Assembly (NCBI GenBank): GCA_965204745.1
Contig: OZ242010.1
Location: forward strand, 3,744,001-3,808,000
Direction of reading: 5' to 3'
Source of the DNA: Candidatus Latescibacterota bacterium
Lineage (GTDB): Bacteria; Latescibacterota; UBA2968
DNA: 64,000 nucleotides
Shown: positions 13,092-22,829 of the stretch, piece after piece
Layout of the letters: every line of letters begins with the position of its first letter
Numbering within the stretch: position 1 is the stretch's first letter
Notes under the pieces: model-generated
The model's input: the letters and a program-made list of their open reading frames with translations, nothing else
Databases searched by the model: none
What the model was told of the DNA's origin: nothing
Made by a program: the position numbers and the translations under genes

Positions 13092-14177
13092 ATGTCTGAC
13101 AACATCATTCGCGTTGCCATTGGGGGGCAGGGCCGCAGTGGGTATAATATTCACGCCGACTGGTTGCGCCAAGTGCCCGACAAATTCAAAATCGTAGCGG
13201 TTTCGGATCAGTTGCCCGAACGGAGGCGCGATGCCCGCGAACAATTCGGCGCCAAAGCCTATCGGGACTGGGAGGAAATGATCAAGGTCGGAGGGTTCGA
13301 TCTCTTTGTCAATGCCCTGCCCCAGCCCTTGCATCCGGTTGCCAGCATTGCGGCCCTCAACGCCGGTTGCCATGTCGTGTGCGAAAAACCCACCTGCAAA
13401 ACCGTGGCGCAATTCGACCGCATCGCGCACGCAGCCAACGACAACCATCGCGTTTTTGCCCCGTTTCAAAACAACAGGTTGCAACCCTTTTTCGACAAAA
13501 TGCAGGAAGTCATCACCTCCGGCGTGCTGGGCAAAATCGTCTATATCCGATCCTCATGGGGCAGGTTTGCGCGGCGTTGGGACTGGCAAACCCGTCAGGA
13601 AAACTGGGGCGGCGGCTTGCTCAACACTGGGCCGCATGCGGTCGATCAGGCCCTCTGCCTGTTCGGCTTTGACCGCACCCCGCACGTCTTTGCCCGCATG
13701 GATTGCAACAATCCCTTTGGAGGCGACGCGGATGACCACTGCACCCTAACCCTGTACGACCCGGCGCGGCAGGCCCCGCAAATCGACATTGTCGTGAGCA
13801 ACTACCTGCATTATCCGCAGCGCGACACGTACACTGTCGACGGCACCTACGGCGGCCTAACCGGCGGCGCGACTGCGTTGACATGGCGTTATTTTGATCC
13901 GGAAAGCGCGCCCAAGCACGAGATGTGGACGTGGTCTGTGGATAGAAAATATACCCGCGAAGAACTCGACTGGGTCGAGGAAACGTGGACGCTCGCAGAA
14001 GAAAAGACCGGGCTCGAAAGCGGCCCGGAACGGTTTTACAACAACGTCTATGACGCGCTCAAAAACGACGGCCAACTCCTCATCACCCCCGCACAAGTGC
14101 GAAAGCAAATCGCCGTGATGGAAGAAGCGCATCGGCAAAATCCACTGCCTGAAAAGCAACCCCATAAGAACGCATAA
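13092..14177 (+). CDS. Gfo/Idh/MocA family oxidoreductase
   Basis: GGQGRSG, HVVCEKP and GGGLLNTGPHAVD motifs. Confidence 0.9.
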   Translation: MSDNIIRVAIGGQGRSGYNIHADWLRQVPDKFKIVAVSDQLPERRRDAREQFGAKAYRDWEEMIKVGGFDLFVNALPQPLHPVASIAALNAGCHVVCEKPTCKTVAQFDRIAHAANDNHRVFAPFQNNRLQPFFDKMQEVITSGVLGKIVYIRSSWGRFARRWDWQTRQENWGGGLLNTGPHAVDQALCLFGFDRTPHVFARMDCNNPFGGDADDHCTLTLYDPARQAPQIDIVVSNYLHYPQRDTYTVDGTYGGLTGGATALTWRYFDPESAPKHEMWTWSVDRKYTREELDWVEETWTLAEEKTGLESGPERFYNNVYDALKNDGQLLITPAQVRKQIAVMEEAHRQNPLPEKQPHKNA

Positions 14178-14219
14178 GAACGCAGATTTCGGCCCCATCG
14201 TGCTATCAGTCCTTCGCCC

Positions 14220-14308
14220 CGTAGGGACAGGCTAGGCGACGCATACGCTCTCGAGTTCGCTGAACGCCATCCCCATCATCCGTAGGGCCAGGCCCCCGTG
14301 CCTGTCCG
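14220..14308 (+). repeat. GTAG-type REP-like palindromes
   Basis: cgtagggacaggc.. and cgtagggccaggcccccgtgcctgtccg. Confidence 0.45.
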
Positions 14309-14403
14309 TGCGCCCGGTAGCGACGCAGAGATGTGGCTCCGTATCTGCCCGCCGATGAACTTCTACTATCCCTCGTTCCGCCAATTCGTTGCAGGAGAAC
14401 CCC

Positions 14404-15258
14404 ATGGCCATCCCCATTTTAGACACGCATCAACACCTGATCTACCCGCGCAATTACCCGTATTCGTGGACGGATGGACTCGAGCCGCTCGCGGGAAATG
14501 CGTTCCACCTCGAGGATTATTTGGCCGCCGCAGAGGGTTGCGGGATTGCGCGCACCATTTTCATGGAAGCCTCGCCCGATGATCCCCATTGGCGGGACGA
14601 AACCCGGTTTGTCTGCGAATTGTCCGACCAGCCCGGTGCGATCATCGAAGGCATCATCGCCAACTGCCGGCCCGAAAACCCCGTTGGCTTTGAAGCCTAT
14701 CTCGAATCCATCCAGCATCCCAAACTCGTCGGCCTGCGCCGCATCTTGCACACCATGCCCGACGCCCTCTCCCAATCGGATCACTTTGCCGCGAACATCC
14801 GCTCGCTCGAGAAATTCAACCTCAGCTTTGACCTCTGCTTCCTCGGCCGACAACTGCCCATTGCCCGCGCTTTGGCAAAAAAATGCCCCGATGTCCAATT
14901 CGTCCTCAACCACTGCGGGGGCCCGGATATTGCAAACGACGCGCTGGATCCCTGGCGCGACGAGATCGCGCAACTGGCCGCGCTTCCCAATGTCGCGTGC
15001 AAAATCTCTGGCGTGCTGGCCTATTGTGCGCCGGGCAATGCCACCCTCGCAGCGGTTCGCCCTTATGTCGAACATTGCATCGAAAGTTTTGGCTGGCATC
15101 GCGTGGTATGGGGCAGCGACTGGCCGGTTTGCAACACGCGCTCCGATCTCAAAACATGGGTATTTATATCGCGCGAAATCGTCGCCCAGGCAGACGCGGC
15201 GGATCGAGAAAACCTCTTTTACAAAAACGCGGAACGGATTTATCTCAAGATCCCGTAA
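14404..15258 (+). CDS. Amidohydrolase-2 family protein (sugar lactonase-like)
   Basis: DTHQHL, LNHCGGP, CKISG and WGSDWP motifs. Confidence 0.88.
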   Translation: MAIPILDTHQHLIYPRNYPYSWTDGLEPLAGNAFHLEDYLAAAEGCGIARTIFMEASPDDPHWRDETRFVCELSDQPGAIIEGIIANCRPENPVGFEAYLESIQHPKLVGLRRILHTMPDALSQSDHFAANIRSLEKFNLSFDLCFLGRQLPIARALAKKCPDVQFVLNHCGGPDIANDALDPWRDEIAQLAALPNVACKISGVLAYCAPGNATLAAVRPYVEHCIESFGWHRVVWGSDWPVCNTRSDLKTWVFISREIVAQADAADRENLFYKNAERIYLKIP

Positions 15259-15289
15259 GCCTCCTTCGCTTCACCTGAAGCACCAACGC

Positions 15290-15322
15290 AAAACGGCCAC
15301 CCACAAAGCAGGTGGCCGTTTC
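15290..15322. terminator. Bidirectional hairpin terminator
   Basis: aaacggccacc..ggtggccgttt between convergent genes. Confidence 0.7.
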
Positions 15323-15327
15323 GTCGT

Positions 15328-15564
15328 CTAAGCCTCTCTGTCCGATTCCTCGGTCACGCGGTTCTGCGCTTCGGCTACGCCATCCTCTTTGCCGAGGTCA
15401 TAAGCCTTTCGCGTTGCAAGCATCAGCATCGCAACCATGACGCCTGCCGCAGCAGACAGTGCGATAGTATCGCTCCAGACCGTATGAAATATAATCCGAG
15501 TGGTGGCTATCGCAGCCAAACCTATTCCGAGATGGCGGATTCCCACCCCGATAGACTTGTTCAT
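15328..15564 (-). CDS. Small two-TM membrane protein
   Basis: AGGAGG ribosome-binding site, two hydrophobic segments. Confidence 0.65.
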   Translation of the reverse strand: MNKSIGVGIRHLGIGLAAIATTRIIFHTVWSDTIALSAAAGVMVAMLMLATRKAYDLGKEDGVAEAQNRVTEESDREA

Positions 15565-15721
15565 AATTCCTCCTTTTAAGAATTAAAAATCGTCAGTCCA
15601 CGCCAAACAATCTGTTTCTGTGCTGGATGACGTGATATTCGTATCGGCTACTTCGCTTGAGTTGGATTACTTGCGTTGTGCTTGCATCAGTATATAGGCC
15701 ATCGGGATTTTTGCGTCTAAG

Positions 15722-16255
15722 TTATCGCGTTTCTCTTTCGCATTTCCGCATAAAGTACCCAAAAGAGGTGTTCTGAGTCAACGCTGTGTTTTGATCAAAT
15801 ACCTTCATGATCTCTTGCATAAAATCAATTCTTGAAACGAATTTTTTGGGCACCATACCGTCAAATCGTTCTTTTGACATGCTGTCTGTGTCGTAACTCG
15901 GCGGTATTCCGATTTGACTGCAACCTTCATCATTGAGGCCAGCGAGATACCAACTTTCAATTTCCCTGCACACGATCAAAATGCGATCCTCGGATAACTT
16001 CTCAAACTTGGATGCAATCCGCGCTTTCTTATCGGTGACACATGGGGACTCGTCCATATCAGAAACAAAAAGGTATTCAGCCTGCATGGCATTGATACTT
16101 CGCAGAAAACCATTCACCTTTTGTTTTTTTGCCTGGGCGTACTTCCAAAGATGAACATGATCGTAAATCTGTTCGTACATGGGTTTGATGACGCGATCAA
16201 AAAACCGCTCATCATCGTCGCCTTCCAAAAAAATAAAGAGCCTTCGATACGCCAA
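15722..16255 (-). CDS. TOPRIM-like (DUF4276/RloB-like) putative nuclease
   Basis: LFIFLEGDDD, SDMD and EIESWYL motifs. TTG start behind GGAGGT, coupled to the ATPase stop. Confidence 0.65.
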   Translation of the reverse strand: MAYRRLFIFLEGDDDERFFDRVIKPMYEQIYDHVHLWKYAQAKKQKVNGFLRSINAMQAEYLFVSDMDESPCVTDKKARIASKFEKLSEDRILIVCREIESWYLAGLNDEGCSQIGIPPSYDTDSMSKERFDGMVPKKFVSRIDFMQEIMKVFDQNTALTQNTSFGYFMRKCERETR

Positions 16256-16256
16256 T

Positions 16257-17480
16257 CTATACCTCCAACAAGTTCTGTACCAGTAAATCGTCAAGGCCCA
16301 TTTCGTTTTCCAAGAAAATTCTGATTTGCTCACTGTCGGCTGGCTTTGTGATCTTGGAAAATCCTCGCCCATCTCTTTTCACCAACAAAATGTGCTCCAA
16401 ATCTGCTTGCTTAACCATTTCTGGATTATGCGTTGTTGCGATGATCTGCTTTTTCTTGGATGCTTCCCGAAACATGGTCATCACCTTTGAAATTAAGTGC
16501 GGATGGATGTTCCGTTCGGGTTCTTCTATGATGGACAGTCGTTTCTCCTGAAAGTAAAGCGCGATGATTAACGCTATCATGTTGATGGTACCGTCAGAAA
16601 TCAGAAAGGCGGGCAGATCCGCCTTTTCAGCGTATTTTTCTTTTAGCTTAAAAAATATAGACTTATCGGCGACCTTTTCCACATCTACGCCGCTTAGGAA
16701 CGGCAAGAGATCCTGAGACAAATTGAGGAACCCGCGCTTGGATTCTTCATCGCTTAGGACCTTGTTCAAAACGATAGCCAAATTGCTACCGTCTATCGTC
16801 AATTCTGACGGGCCACTTATAGGCGTGGCTCGCTTGGGCAATTTAGGATCAAAGTCATAGATACCGATGTTGCTTAACCAATCCAAAGCGGGTTGTACGT
16901 ACAGACCAACGAGAGGAGATTCTATCAAAAGCGTCTTTTCCTCGCCCCCGGGTTGTTCTCGGAAAATTGGCACACCCTTAAAAGATAATGCCGATTCTAC
17001 GTCGGGATTCGTCGATTCTATCCCGAGATTGCCATCGCGGTTGAAAAACGAGACGCTAAATTTTTCGGCAGGGTCTTCTCTGGAATAGGTCAACGTCATT
17101 CTGTTTCGATCAACCGCGTATTCATATCCTTTTTTTTCAAATTTCAAAGAAAATTCATAATTTATCTCATGGATTGTGACATTAAATTTGTCGTGGTCAA
17201 AGGGTGACAACCACCACTTCGTATCACCTCGCATAACCACATGAAACAAAAGGGGGCGAAACTCCGCGCTCTTGATGTTTCGCAAATACTCTACCCCGCC
17301 CTGACGCGAGATGGCATCTTCCAAGCCATGATTGACGATATCTCGCAGAAATTGGAAGGCTTGAACAAAGTTGGATTTTCCCGAAGCATTGGCGCCGACC
17401 AACAAGTTGAAATCGTTCAAGCGAACCGACAGGTCGTCAAAATTTCTATAATTCGATATTTTGATTTTTACAATTTTCAT
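16257..17480 (-). CDS. ABC-type/AAA_21 ATPase (OLD/AbiEii/SMC-like)
   Basis: Walker A GANASGKSN, signature SDGT, Walker B IIEEPE, TTHNP. AT-rich relative to the flanks. Confidence 0.88.
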   Translation of the reverse strand: MKIVKIKISNYRNFDDLSVRLNDFNLLVGANASGKSNFVQAFQFLRDIVNHGLEDAISRQGGVEYLRNIKSAEFRPLLFHVVMRGDTKWWLSPFDHDKFNVTIHEINYEFSLKFEKKGYEYAVDRNRMTLTYSREDPAEKFSVSFFNRDGNLGIESTNPDVESALSFKGVPIFREQPGGEEKTLLIESPLVGLYVQPALDWLSNIGIYDFDPKLPKRATPISGPSELTIDGSNLAIVLNKVLSDEESKRGFLNLSQDLLPFLSGVDVEKVADKSIFFKLKEKYAEKADLPAFLISDGTINMIALIIALYFQEKRLSIIEEPERNIHPHLISKVMTMFREASKKKQIIATTHNPEMVKQADLEHILLVKRDGRGFSKITKPADSEQIRIFLENEMGLDDLLVQNLLEV

Positions 17481-17563
17481 CTTGGCAACCTCAAAAGTTG
17501 GGAACTCGCCGCTCGCTATCTTGGCGTTTATTTATGGGTTGTCAGAGGTCTTAAAACGGCCTC

Positions 17564-18328
17564 TTAGGGCATTTTGAGGGCGCGGGCGAATAGGTCGAGC
17601 ACCGCAACCCACGATTTCTCGGCGGCGTCTTTGTGGTAATGCGTTGTGCGTTCCGGGAAGAAATAGCCGTGCAGTGCGCCGCGCATAAAATCGATGCGAT
17701 GCGGCACCTCGTAGCGGGTCAGTTCGGTTTTGTAGAGGTGCAAGTGTTCTTTGGTCGCGCCGGCGTCTCGGTCTGCCCAGCCAAAGTACCCCTCTGCCCT
17801 GAGTGTGGGAATGGCGAGATGCGGCGAGTCTAGGGCATCGGTGACGAGTTTGCCCCCGTGAATGGAGGCAAAAGCCAAAACGCGATTGGGATATATCGCG
17901 GCGGCAAAAAGCGCGTGCCGCCCGCCCATGCATGTGCCGATAGAACCGACCCGGTGGGCATCGGCTTGGGGTTCGTTTCTGTCGAGATGTTGTAGCAAAG
18001 CCCCCGTGTCTTGAATGACCAGCGCGTTGGTCGTGCTGGCATTGAGGTTCATCGGATGCAACGGATCCGTTTTGTCCAGGCCGAGATCGCCGCGCATGAA
18101 TTTCGCAGGGTCATAAGACGGATTGCCCATGCGGTAAAACAGCGATGGGAGAACCGCGTAATACCCCGCACGGCACAAGCGACGGCACATGGTTTTGATT
18201 TCGTCGCGAACGCCAAAAATATCGAAGTAGAAAATCACAACGGGATGCGGCCCTTCGCCTTCTGGATGAAACACATACGCCGGCATCACGCCATCAGAAG
18301 TCACAACATCAATGGTTTTCTCAATCAT
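17564..18328 (-). CDS. Dienelactone hydrolase family protein
   Basis: Nucleophile motif GTCMGG, HGG, HGYFF. Start at MIEKTID. Confidence 0.88.
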   Translation of the reverse strand: MIEKTIDVVTSDGVMPAYVFHPEGEGPHPVVIFYFDIFGVRDEIKTMCRRLCRAGYYAVLPSLFYRMGNPSYDPAKFMRGDLGLDKTDPLHPMNLNASTTNALVIQDTGALLQHLDRNEPQADAHRVGSIGTCMGGRHALFAAAIYPNRVLAFASIHGGKLVTDALDSPHLAIPTLRAEGYFGWADRDAGATKEHLHLYKTELTRYEVPHRIDFMRGALHGYFFPERTTHYHKDAAEKSWVAVLDLFARALKMP

Positions 18329-18354
18329 ATCGTTCTCCTTTTTATTTTCTGACC

Positions 18355-19344
18355 TCAAGAGCTTTTGAAAGTAGGCCGTTTTCGTTGTTGCAAGGCTTCC
18401 CGCATGTTCTCGGCTATGGCGCGGACGACGGGAATGGCGACGCTGTTGCCCGTTTGTTTCCGCAGTTGTGTGATGTTGACCACGATCTTGAAGTCTTCGG
18501 GAAATCCCTGCAAGCGCAAGAGTTCTCGCGCCGAGGGGCGGCGAATGCCATTGACCAAGAGGTAGTTGTATGACGCGCCAGCGCGCAACGCGCATGAGAA
18601 CGGTAGGATAGAGACGTTGCCGCCTTTGTTTTCGTGCCAGATAGAGGGGTAAAACGGCGCGACCTTGCACTTTTCAAGACGGGACTTTTGGATTCTCGCA
18701 GACGCGAAAAAACGGGCATCGATCTCGTCATCCGGCTCCAGAATTTCCGACAAGGGCTTGTACGACCCGTTTCCCATTGGAAACGCAAAGGCGATGGGAT
18801 CGCGGAATCCGACGATAAAAATTCGCTCTCGCTTTTGAGGCAATCCAAAATCGAGCGCGTTCAAAATTTGGTGGTAGATCGCATAGCCCAGTTTTTGCAG
18901 GCGGTCACAGATGGTCGAAAACGTCCTGCCCTTGTCGTGGCTCGCCAACTGCTTCACGTTTTCGAGCAAAAACGCCTGTGGTTGTTTGGCGCGCAAGATG
19001 CGTTCTATCTCAAAAAACAGCGTGCCCCGCGTGTCTGCAAATCCCCGTTTGTTGCCGATAATGCTAAACGGTTGGCACGGGAAGCCGGCCAGCAAAACAT
19101 CGTGGTCTGGAATTTCGGCAGCGGCGATTTTTGTAATGTCGCCGGCCGGCTGTTCGTCAAAATTGTGATAATAGGTCTGTCGGGCGGATTTGTCCCACTC
19201 GGAACTGAACACGCACGCGCCGCCCAAGGCTTCAAACGGAAGCCTCATGCCGCCGATGCCGGCGAATAAATCCACAAATGTCCAGTTATCTTTGAACGCC
19301 ACCCTAGCCGCTGACTTCGCCTTACCCATTATCACTGTCTCCAT
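18355..19344 (-). CDS. DNA (cytosine-5)-methyltransferase, orphan
   Basis: DLFAGIGG, GFPCQ, ENV, QKRER and GNSV motifs. Confidence 0.93.
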   Translation of the reverse strand: METVIMGKAKSAARVAFKDNWTFVDLFAGIGGMRLPFEALGGACVFSSEWDKSARQTYYHNFDEQPAGDITKIAAAEIPDHDVLLAGFPCQPFSIIGNKRGFADTRGTLFFEIERILRAKQPQAFLLENVKQLASHDKGRTFSTICDRLQKLGYAIYHQILNALDFGLPQKRERIFIVGFRDPIAFAFPMGNGSYKPLSEILEPDDEIDARFFASARIQKSRLEKCKVAPFYPSIWHENKGGNVSILPFSCALRAGASYNYLLVNGIRRPSARELLRLQGFPEDFKIVVNITQLRKQTGNSVAIPVVRAIAENMREALQQRKRPTFKSS

Positions 19345-19366
19345 TCGTTTTGGGCCTACACCGCGT

Positions 19367-19642
19367 TCAGTATGATCTCTCCCCGCGCTCGTATTCCGCC
19401 ACTTCTGCGGCGGATTCTTCGGCCATTGTGATCAGTTCTTGGGCGTTCTTCATCAATTCGCGGTGCTTCTCTCTTTCCTCTTCCGTCAATGTGCGGCCTT
19501 CGCTTCGCGCTCGTTCTCTGGCTTCTGCGATCAGGGTTTGGGTGCGCTTCATGAGTTGCCGCGCTTTCGCTGGGTTGCGTTTGATTTTTTCCCGCGTCTT
19601 TTTGCTGGATCGTTCCATGCGGCGGCGTTCCTGTCTGGTCAC
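19367..19642 (-). CDS. Hypothetical charged helical protein
   Basis: AGGAGG ribosome-binding site, R/E/K-rich, co-oriented with its neighbours. Confidence 0.5.
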   Translation of the reverse strand: MTRQERRRMERSSKKTREKIKRNPAKARQLMKRTQTLIAEARERARSEGRTLTEEEREKHRELMKNAQELITMAEESAAEVAEYERGERSY

Positions 19643-19822
19643 TGCTTTCCTCCTTTCGCGCCTTAGACGCGCCTTTCATTTGGTCAACGAGCCGATGGTG
19701 ATCACAACCCCAACCCATCGAGACGATGAAGCCGCTCGTTCATCGCGCTCATGTCGCGCTGGTCAGCCTCGATCCGTGCCAACCGCGAGATGCGACCTTC
19801 GTGTCCGCAACAAATTAGCGGA

Positions 19823-20248
19823 TCAACTCGAGATGATTCCGCCCGGTGGGCTACCGCCACCTGGGATTCCGCCTTGCCCGGGCACTCCCCCGGGCATTGC
19901 GCCGGGGACGACGATGCGCGAAGATTCTTGTCGGCGGTATTCTTTGGCCTCTTCAACCATCTGGTCAACCGCCTCTTGCACTGCTTGGGGGAACTTCTCC
20001 AAAGCCTCCCGCAGAGAAGACGCTTCGATAGGCGTGGAAATCGGCAAAGGCCCCAGTTGGGAAATGATCTGCGTGGAGCCGATGTATTGCACGGGACGGC
20101 TGAGGTCATCCGTGCCATCGGCATTGATCGGGATGAGCCGCCGAATCGTGGCGACGCGCAAATCCGTGATGGATTCCTCTCGATAGAGGTTGGCTTGATC
20201 GACTCTGATCTGGTCGAGTGGCAACTGGTCGTTCATGAAATTCTCCAT
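19823..20248 (-). CDS. Conserved hypothetical cytoplasmic protein with Gly/Pro tail
   Basis: Globular-looking LYREESITDLRVATIRRLIP..GPLP core followed by SRIVVPG and a GP-rich tail. Confidence 0.7.
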   Translation of the reverse strand: MENFMNDQLPLDQIRVDQANLYREESITDLRVATIRRLIPINADGTDDLSRPVQYIGSTQIISQLGPLPISTPIEASSLREALEKFPQAVQEAVDQMVEEAKEYRRQESSRIVVPGAMPGGVPGQGGIPGGGSPPGGIISS

Positions 20249-20371
20249 AGAAAAACAGTCGAAAACCGCGGGCAGGCGAATCCCACCCGCAAACGGCTAC
20301 AATATAGGGAAGTTGAGAGGGGAGATGCAAGAGGGAAGAAAGCGAGCGTCCCACAAGTGAGACGTAAGATG

Positions 20372-20473
20372 CAGTAGTCAGTAGTCAGTAGTCAGTAGTC
20401 AGTAGTCAGTAGTCAGTAGTCAGTAGTCAGTAGTCAGTAGTCAGTAGTCAGTAGTCAGTAGTCAGTAGTCAGT
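20372..20473. repeat. Heptamer microsatellite (CAGTAGT)x14.5
   Basis: Perfect tandem array, followed by a REP-like hairpin at 20474-20512. Confidence 0.97.
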
Positions 20474-20536
20474 CCCCTCTCCCGTCTTACCGAAGGGAAG
20501 TTGGGCGGGGGATGGGGCATCCGCTAACCACTCTCC

Positions 20537-21586
20537 CTATCCTTCCAATGTCTGCTGTCGGCGGCGGCGGGCGAGTTCGCGGAGGTCATCGACCCGGTCG
20601 GATTCATCTACGATTTCAGAGCCGAGGATTTCTTCGAGAATGTCTTCGAGCGCCAGCACGCCTGCCATGCCTCCATATTCGTCGATTACGACAAAGAGGT
20701 GTTGGCGTTGTTCCAAGAAGATGTGCAAGATGCGGTCGAGGGTGTGGGATTCGGCGACGAAATGCACGGGGCGCATGAGGTCGGACAACTTGGCGGTGCC
20801 CCGGTCGTCTGTGAGCGCGACCAAAATGTCGCGGCGCAACACGATGCCGACAATGTCTTCAAAATCCTTTTCGTACACCGGGATGCGGCTGTACGCCCAT
20901 ATCCCGCGGCGGTTGCGGGCTTCTTCGACTGCGAGGTCGTCCTTGAGGGAAAAGACGACGGTTCGGGGCGTCATCACCTCCCCTGCGGTTTTGGATTTGA
21001 GGGATAGGATGTTTTGGATCACACGCGCTTCGGTTGGGTCTAACGCGCCGCTGCGCCTGCCCAAGCGCGCGAGAGAGATGAGCTCTTCGTCGGAAATATC
21101 CTGTTCTTTTTGGTCTTTGGCAACCGTGCGCGTAACCAGGCGCGACAAAAAGATAAACGGCGCGAAGATCCAGACCAAGACTTGCAGCGGCCGGGCGATG
21201 ATGCTGGACAGGGGACGGGCATAGACCACGCCGATGGTTTTGGGCAAGAGTTCGGACAAGAACAAGATGGCAAAGGTCATGGCGATAGAAAAGACGATGC
21301 CCGCAGCCGAGTCCTCGCGCGTTTCTTCCCCCATCACAGCCGTTGCAAAGAGGAACCCTGCCAGACTCACGCCACCCGTGTTGGAAATGGTGTTCAAGGA
21401 CAAAATCGCCGAAATGGGGCGATCGACGGTTTGGCGCAACTGCCGCAAGATGCGCCCGGATATTTTGCCTTCCCGCGCCAGGGTTTCGATGTGGCTGATG
21501 GGCACGGAATAGAGCACGGCTTCAAACAGGGAACACATGGCCGAGGTCAAAATCACAGCCGCGACGACGATGGCGAGTTCGATCAT
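20537..21586 (-). CDS. CNNM/CorB-like (DUF21 + CBS pair) membrane protein
   Basis: SELLPKT, VMTPR, YSRIPVY and VIDEYGG..LEDILEEILG motifs. Confidence 0.9.
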   Translation of the reverse strand: MIELAIVVAAVILTSAMCSLFEAVLYSVPISHIETLAREGKISGRILRQLRQTVDRPISAILSLNTISNTGGVSLAGFLFATAVMGEETREDSAAGIVFSIAMTFAILFLSELLPKTIGVVYARPLSSIIARPLQVLVWIFAPFIFLSRLVTRTVAKDQKEQDISDEELISLARLGRRSGALDPTEARVIQNILSLKSKTAGEVMTPRTVVFSLKDDLAVEEARNRRGIWAYSRIPVYEKDFEDIVGIVLRRDILVALTDDRGTAKLSDLMRPVHFVAESHTLDRILHIFLEQRQHLFVVIDEYGGMAGVLALEDILEEILGSEIVDESDRVDDLRELARRRRQQTLEG

Positions 21587-21774
21587 GGTATCTCCACGCG
21601 AGGTTGGCGAGTCGGGATGGGTTTATCTCTCTACGTTACGCATAAATTATTTTTCGTCAAGAGGTTTGAGTAACCCCTGCGCGGCAATGGGGATTTTCCC
21701 TTGCCATGTCGGGTTGAAACCGCTAAATTACGGCGGCCTAATCAGACGCGCAACAAGGTCGAAACATCCTCAAA

Positions 21775-22170
21775 ATGAATGCGATACCAGACGCGATGAA
21801 ACGCGAAAAACTACATTACAACACGGTGCGGGAAGTTTGTTTCGCGCCGGAAGATCTAGCCCGCCTTTCCGACGATTTGCAGGAACAGGGCGCGCCGTGT
21901 CACATTCGCCACCTGATGCCCGGCGAGGCCGATCCCGTGCGCTTGGCGCAGGTCAAGGACGTGATCGAGACCGTGATGACCGGGCGCAAGTACGAGGTCT
22001 TGTTGTTGCGGTCGCAGGGCAAAACCTTTGCGGAGATCGCGTTGCTCTTGGAAATTTCAAAAAGCGCGGTGCAAAGCCACTACCGCCGCGCCATCCGACG
22101 GATGCAACACGCCTTGGGCATCGACCCCATGAAAAAAGCCAAGTCACCGTCGCCGCATCTCGTCGTTTAG
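21775..22170 (+). CDS. Sigma-70 region-4 type HTH protein
   Basis: QGKTFAEIALLLEISKSAVQSHYRRA helix-turn-helix. Confidence 0.7.
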   Translation: MNAIPDAMKREKLHYNTVREVCFAPEDLARLSDDLQEQGAPCHIRHLMPGEADPVRLAQVKDVIETVMTGRKYEVLLLRSQGKTFAEIALLLEISKSAVQSHYRRAIRRMQHALGIDPMKKAKSPSPHLVV

Positions 22171-22251
22171 CGTTCATCCCATTTTCTTTTTTGATGCAGG
22201 TTCCGCTTTGCGCGACCTGTTTTTTTGTTTTTCTTCCGAAAGGAGTTTGTT

Positions 22252-22629
22252 ATGGCTGTGTTTCTCCATACGCGCATCCGCGTGAGCGATTTGGACAGGT
22301 CGATCCAGTACTACTGCGATCACTTTGGGTTTGTGTTGAAGAGCCGGTCGGATAAATCGCCGGCTGGCAACCAGATCTGCCACTTGGAATTGCCGGGCAA
22401 TGCCCACACCCTGGAACTGACCTACTCGGATGACTACGAGTTGAACGTGCCCGAAGATTTGATGCACTTTGCTATCGGCGTGCCCGATCTGATCGCCTTT
22501 TGCGATGAGCTCGAAAAGAAGGGCCTCGAAATTTGGCCCGGCGATTGGCGCGAGACCTTCCCCACGGGGCGCAAAATGGCTTTTGTGGATGACCCGGATG
22601 GGTACGAGATCGAGTTGCTCGAGCGGTAA
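22252..22629 (+). CDS. VOC family protein (lactoylglutathione lyase-like)
   Basis: HTRIRVSD, LELTY, HFAIGV and DPDGYEIEL motifs. Confidence 0.88.
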   Translation: MAVFLHTRIRVSDLDRSIQYYCDHFGFVLKSRSDKSPAGNQICHLELPGNAHTLELTYSDDYELNVPEDLMHFAIGVPDLIAFCDELEKKGLEIWPGDWRETFPTGRKMAFVDDPDGYEIELLER

Positions 22630-22636
22630 AACAATA

Positions 22637-22812
22637 GCCACAAAAGGCACAGAAACACAAAAAGGGGCAAAACCCGTTCATTCTGTACCTTCTGTGCTTT
22701 TTGTGGCTCATGAATAGAGCAGGGCGCAAGACGAAGAATTGCCACAAGAGACACAGAAACACAAAAGGGTTCAAAATCCATTCTGTGTTTTTTGTGGCTC
22801 ACTTTTGTGGCT
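22637..22812. repeat. Two palindromic units built from nonamer repeats (GCCACAAAA/GGCACAGAA)
   Basis: Inverted arms agccacaaaaggcacagaa..ttctgtgctttttgtggct. The same family occurs at 38100, 44320, 57605 and 60472. Confidence 0.8.
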
Positions 22813-22829
22813 CCAAAAGGAAAGGCTAT

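Noticed and set aside
14163-14184. 10-bp duplication CATAAGAACG at the oxidoreductase stop as a transposon footprint
   Set aside because: Too short to distinguish from slippage, and no element lies between the copies.
20372-20473. Possible CRISPR array
   Set aside because: Pure 7-bp tandem repeat with no spacers, and no cas genes in the window.
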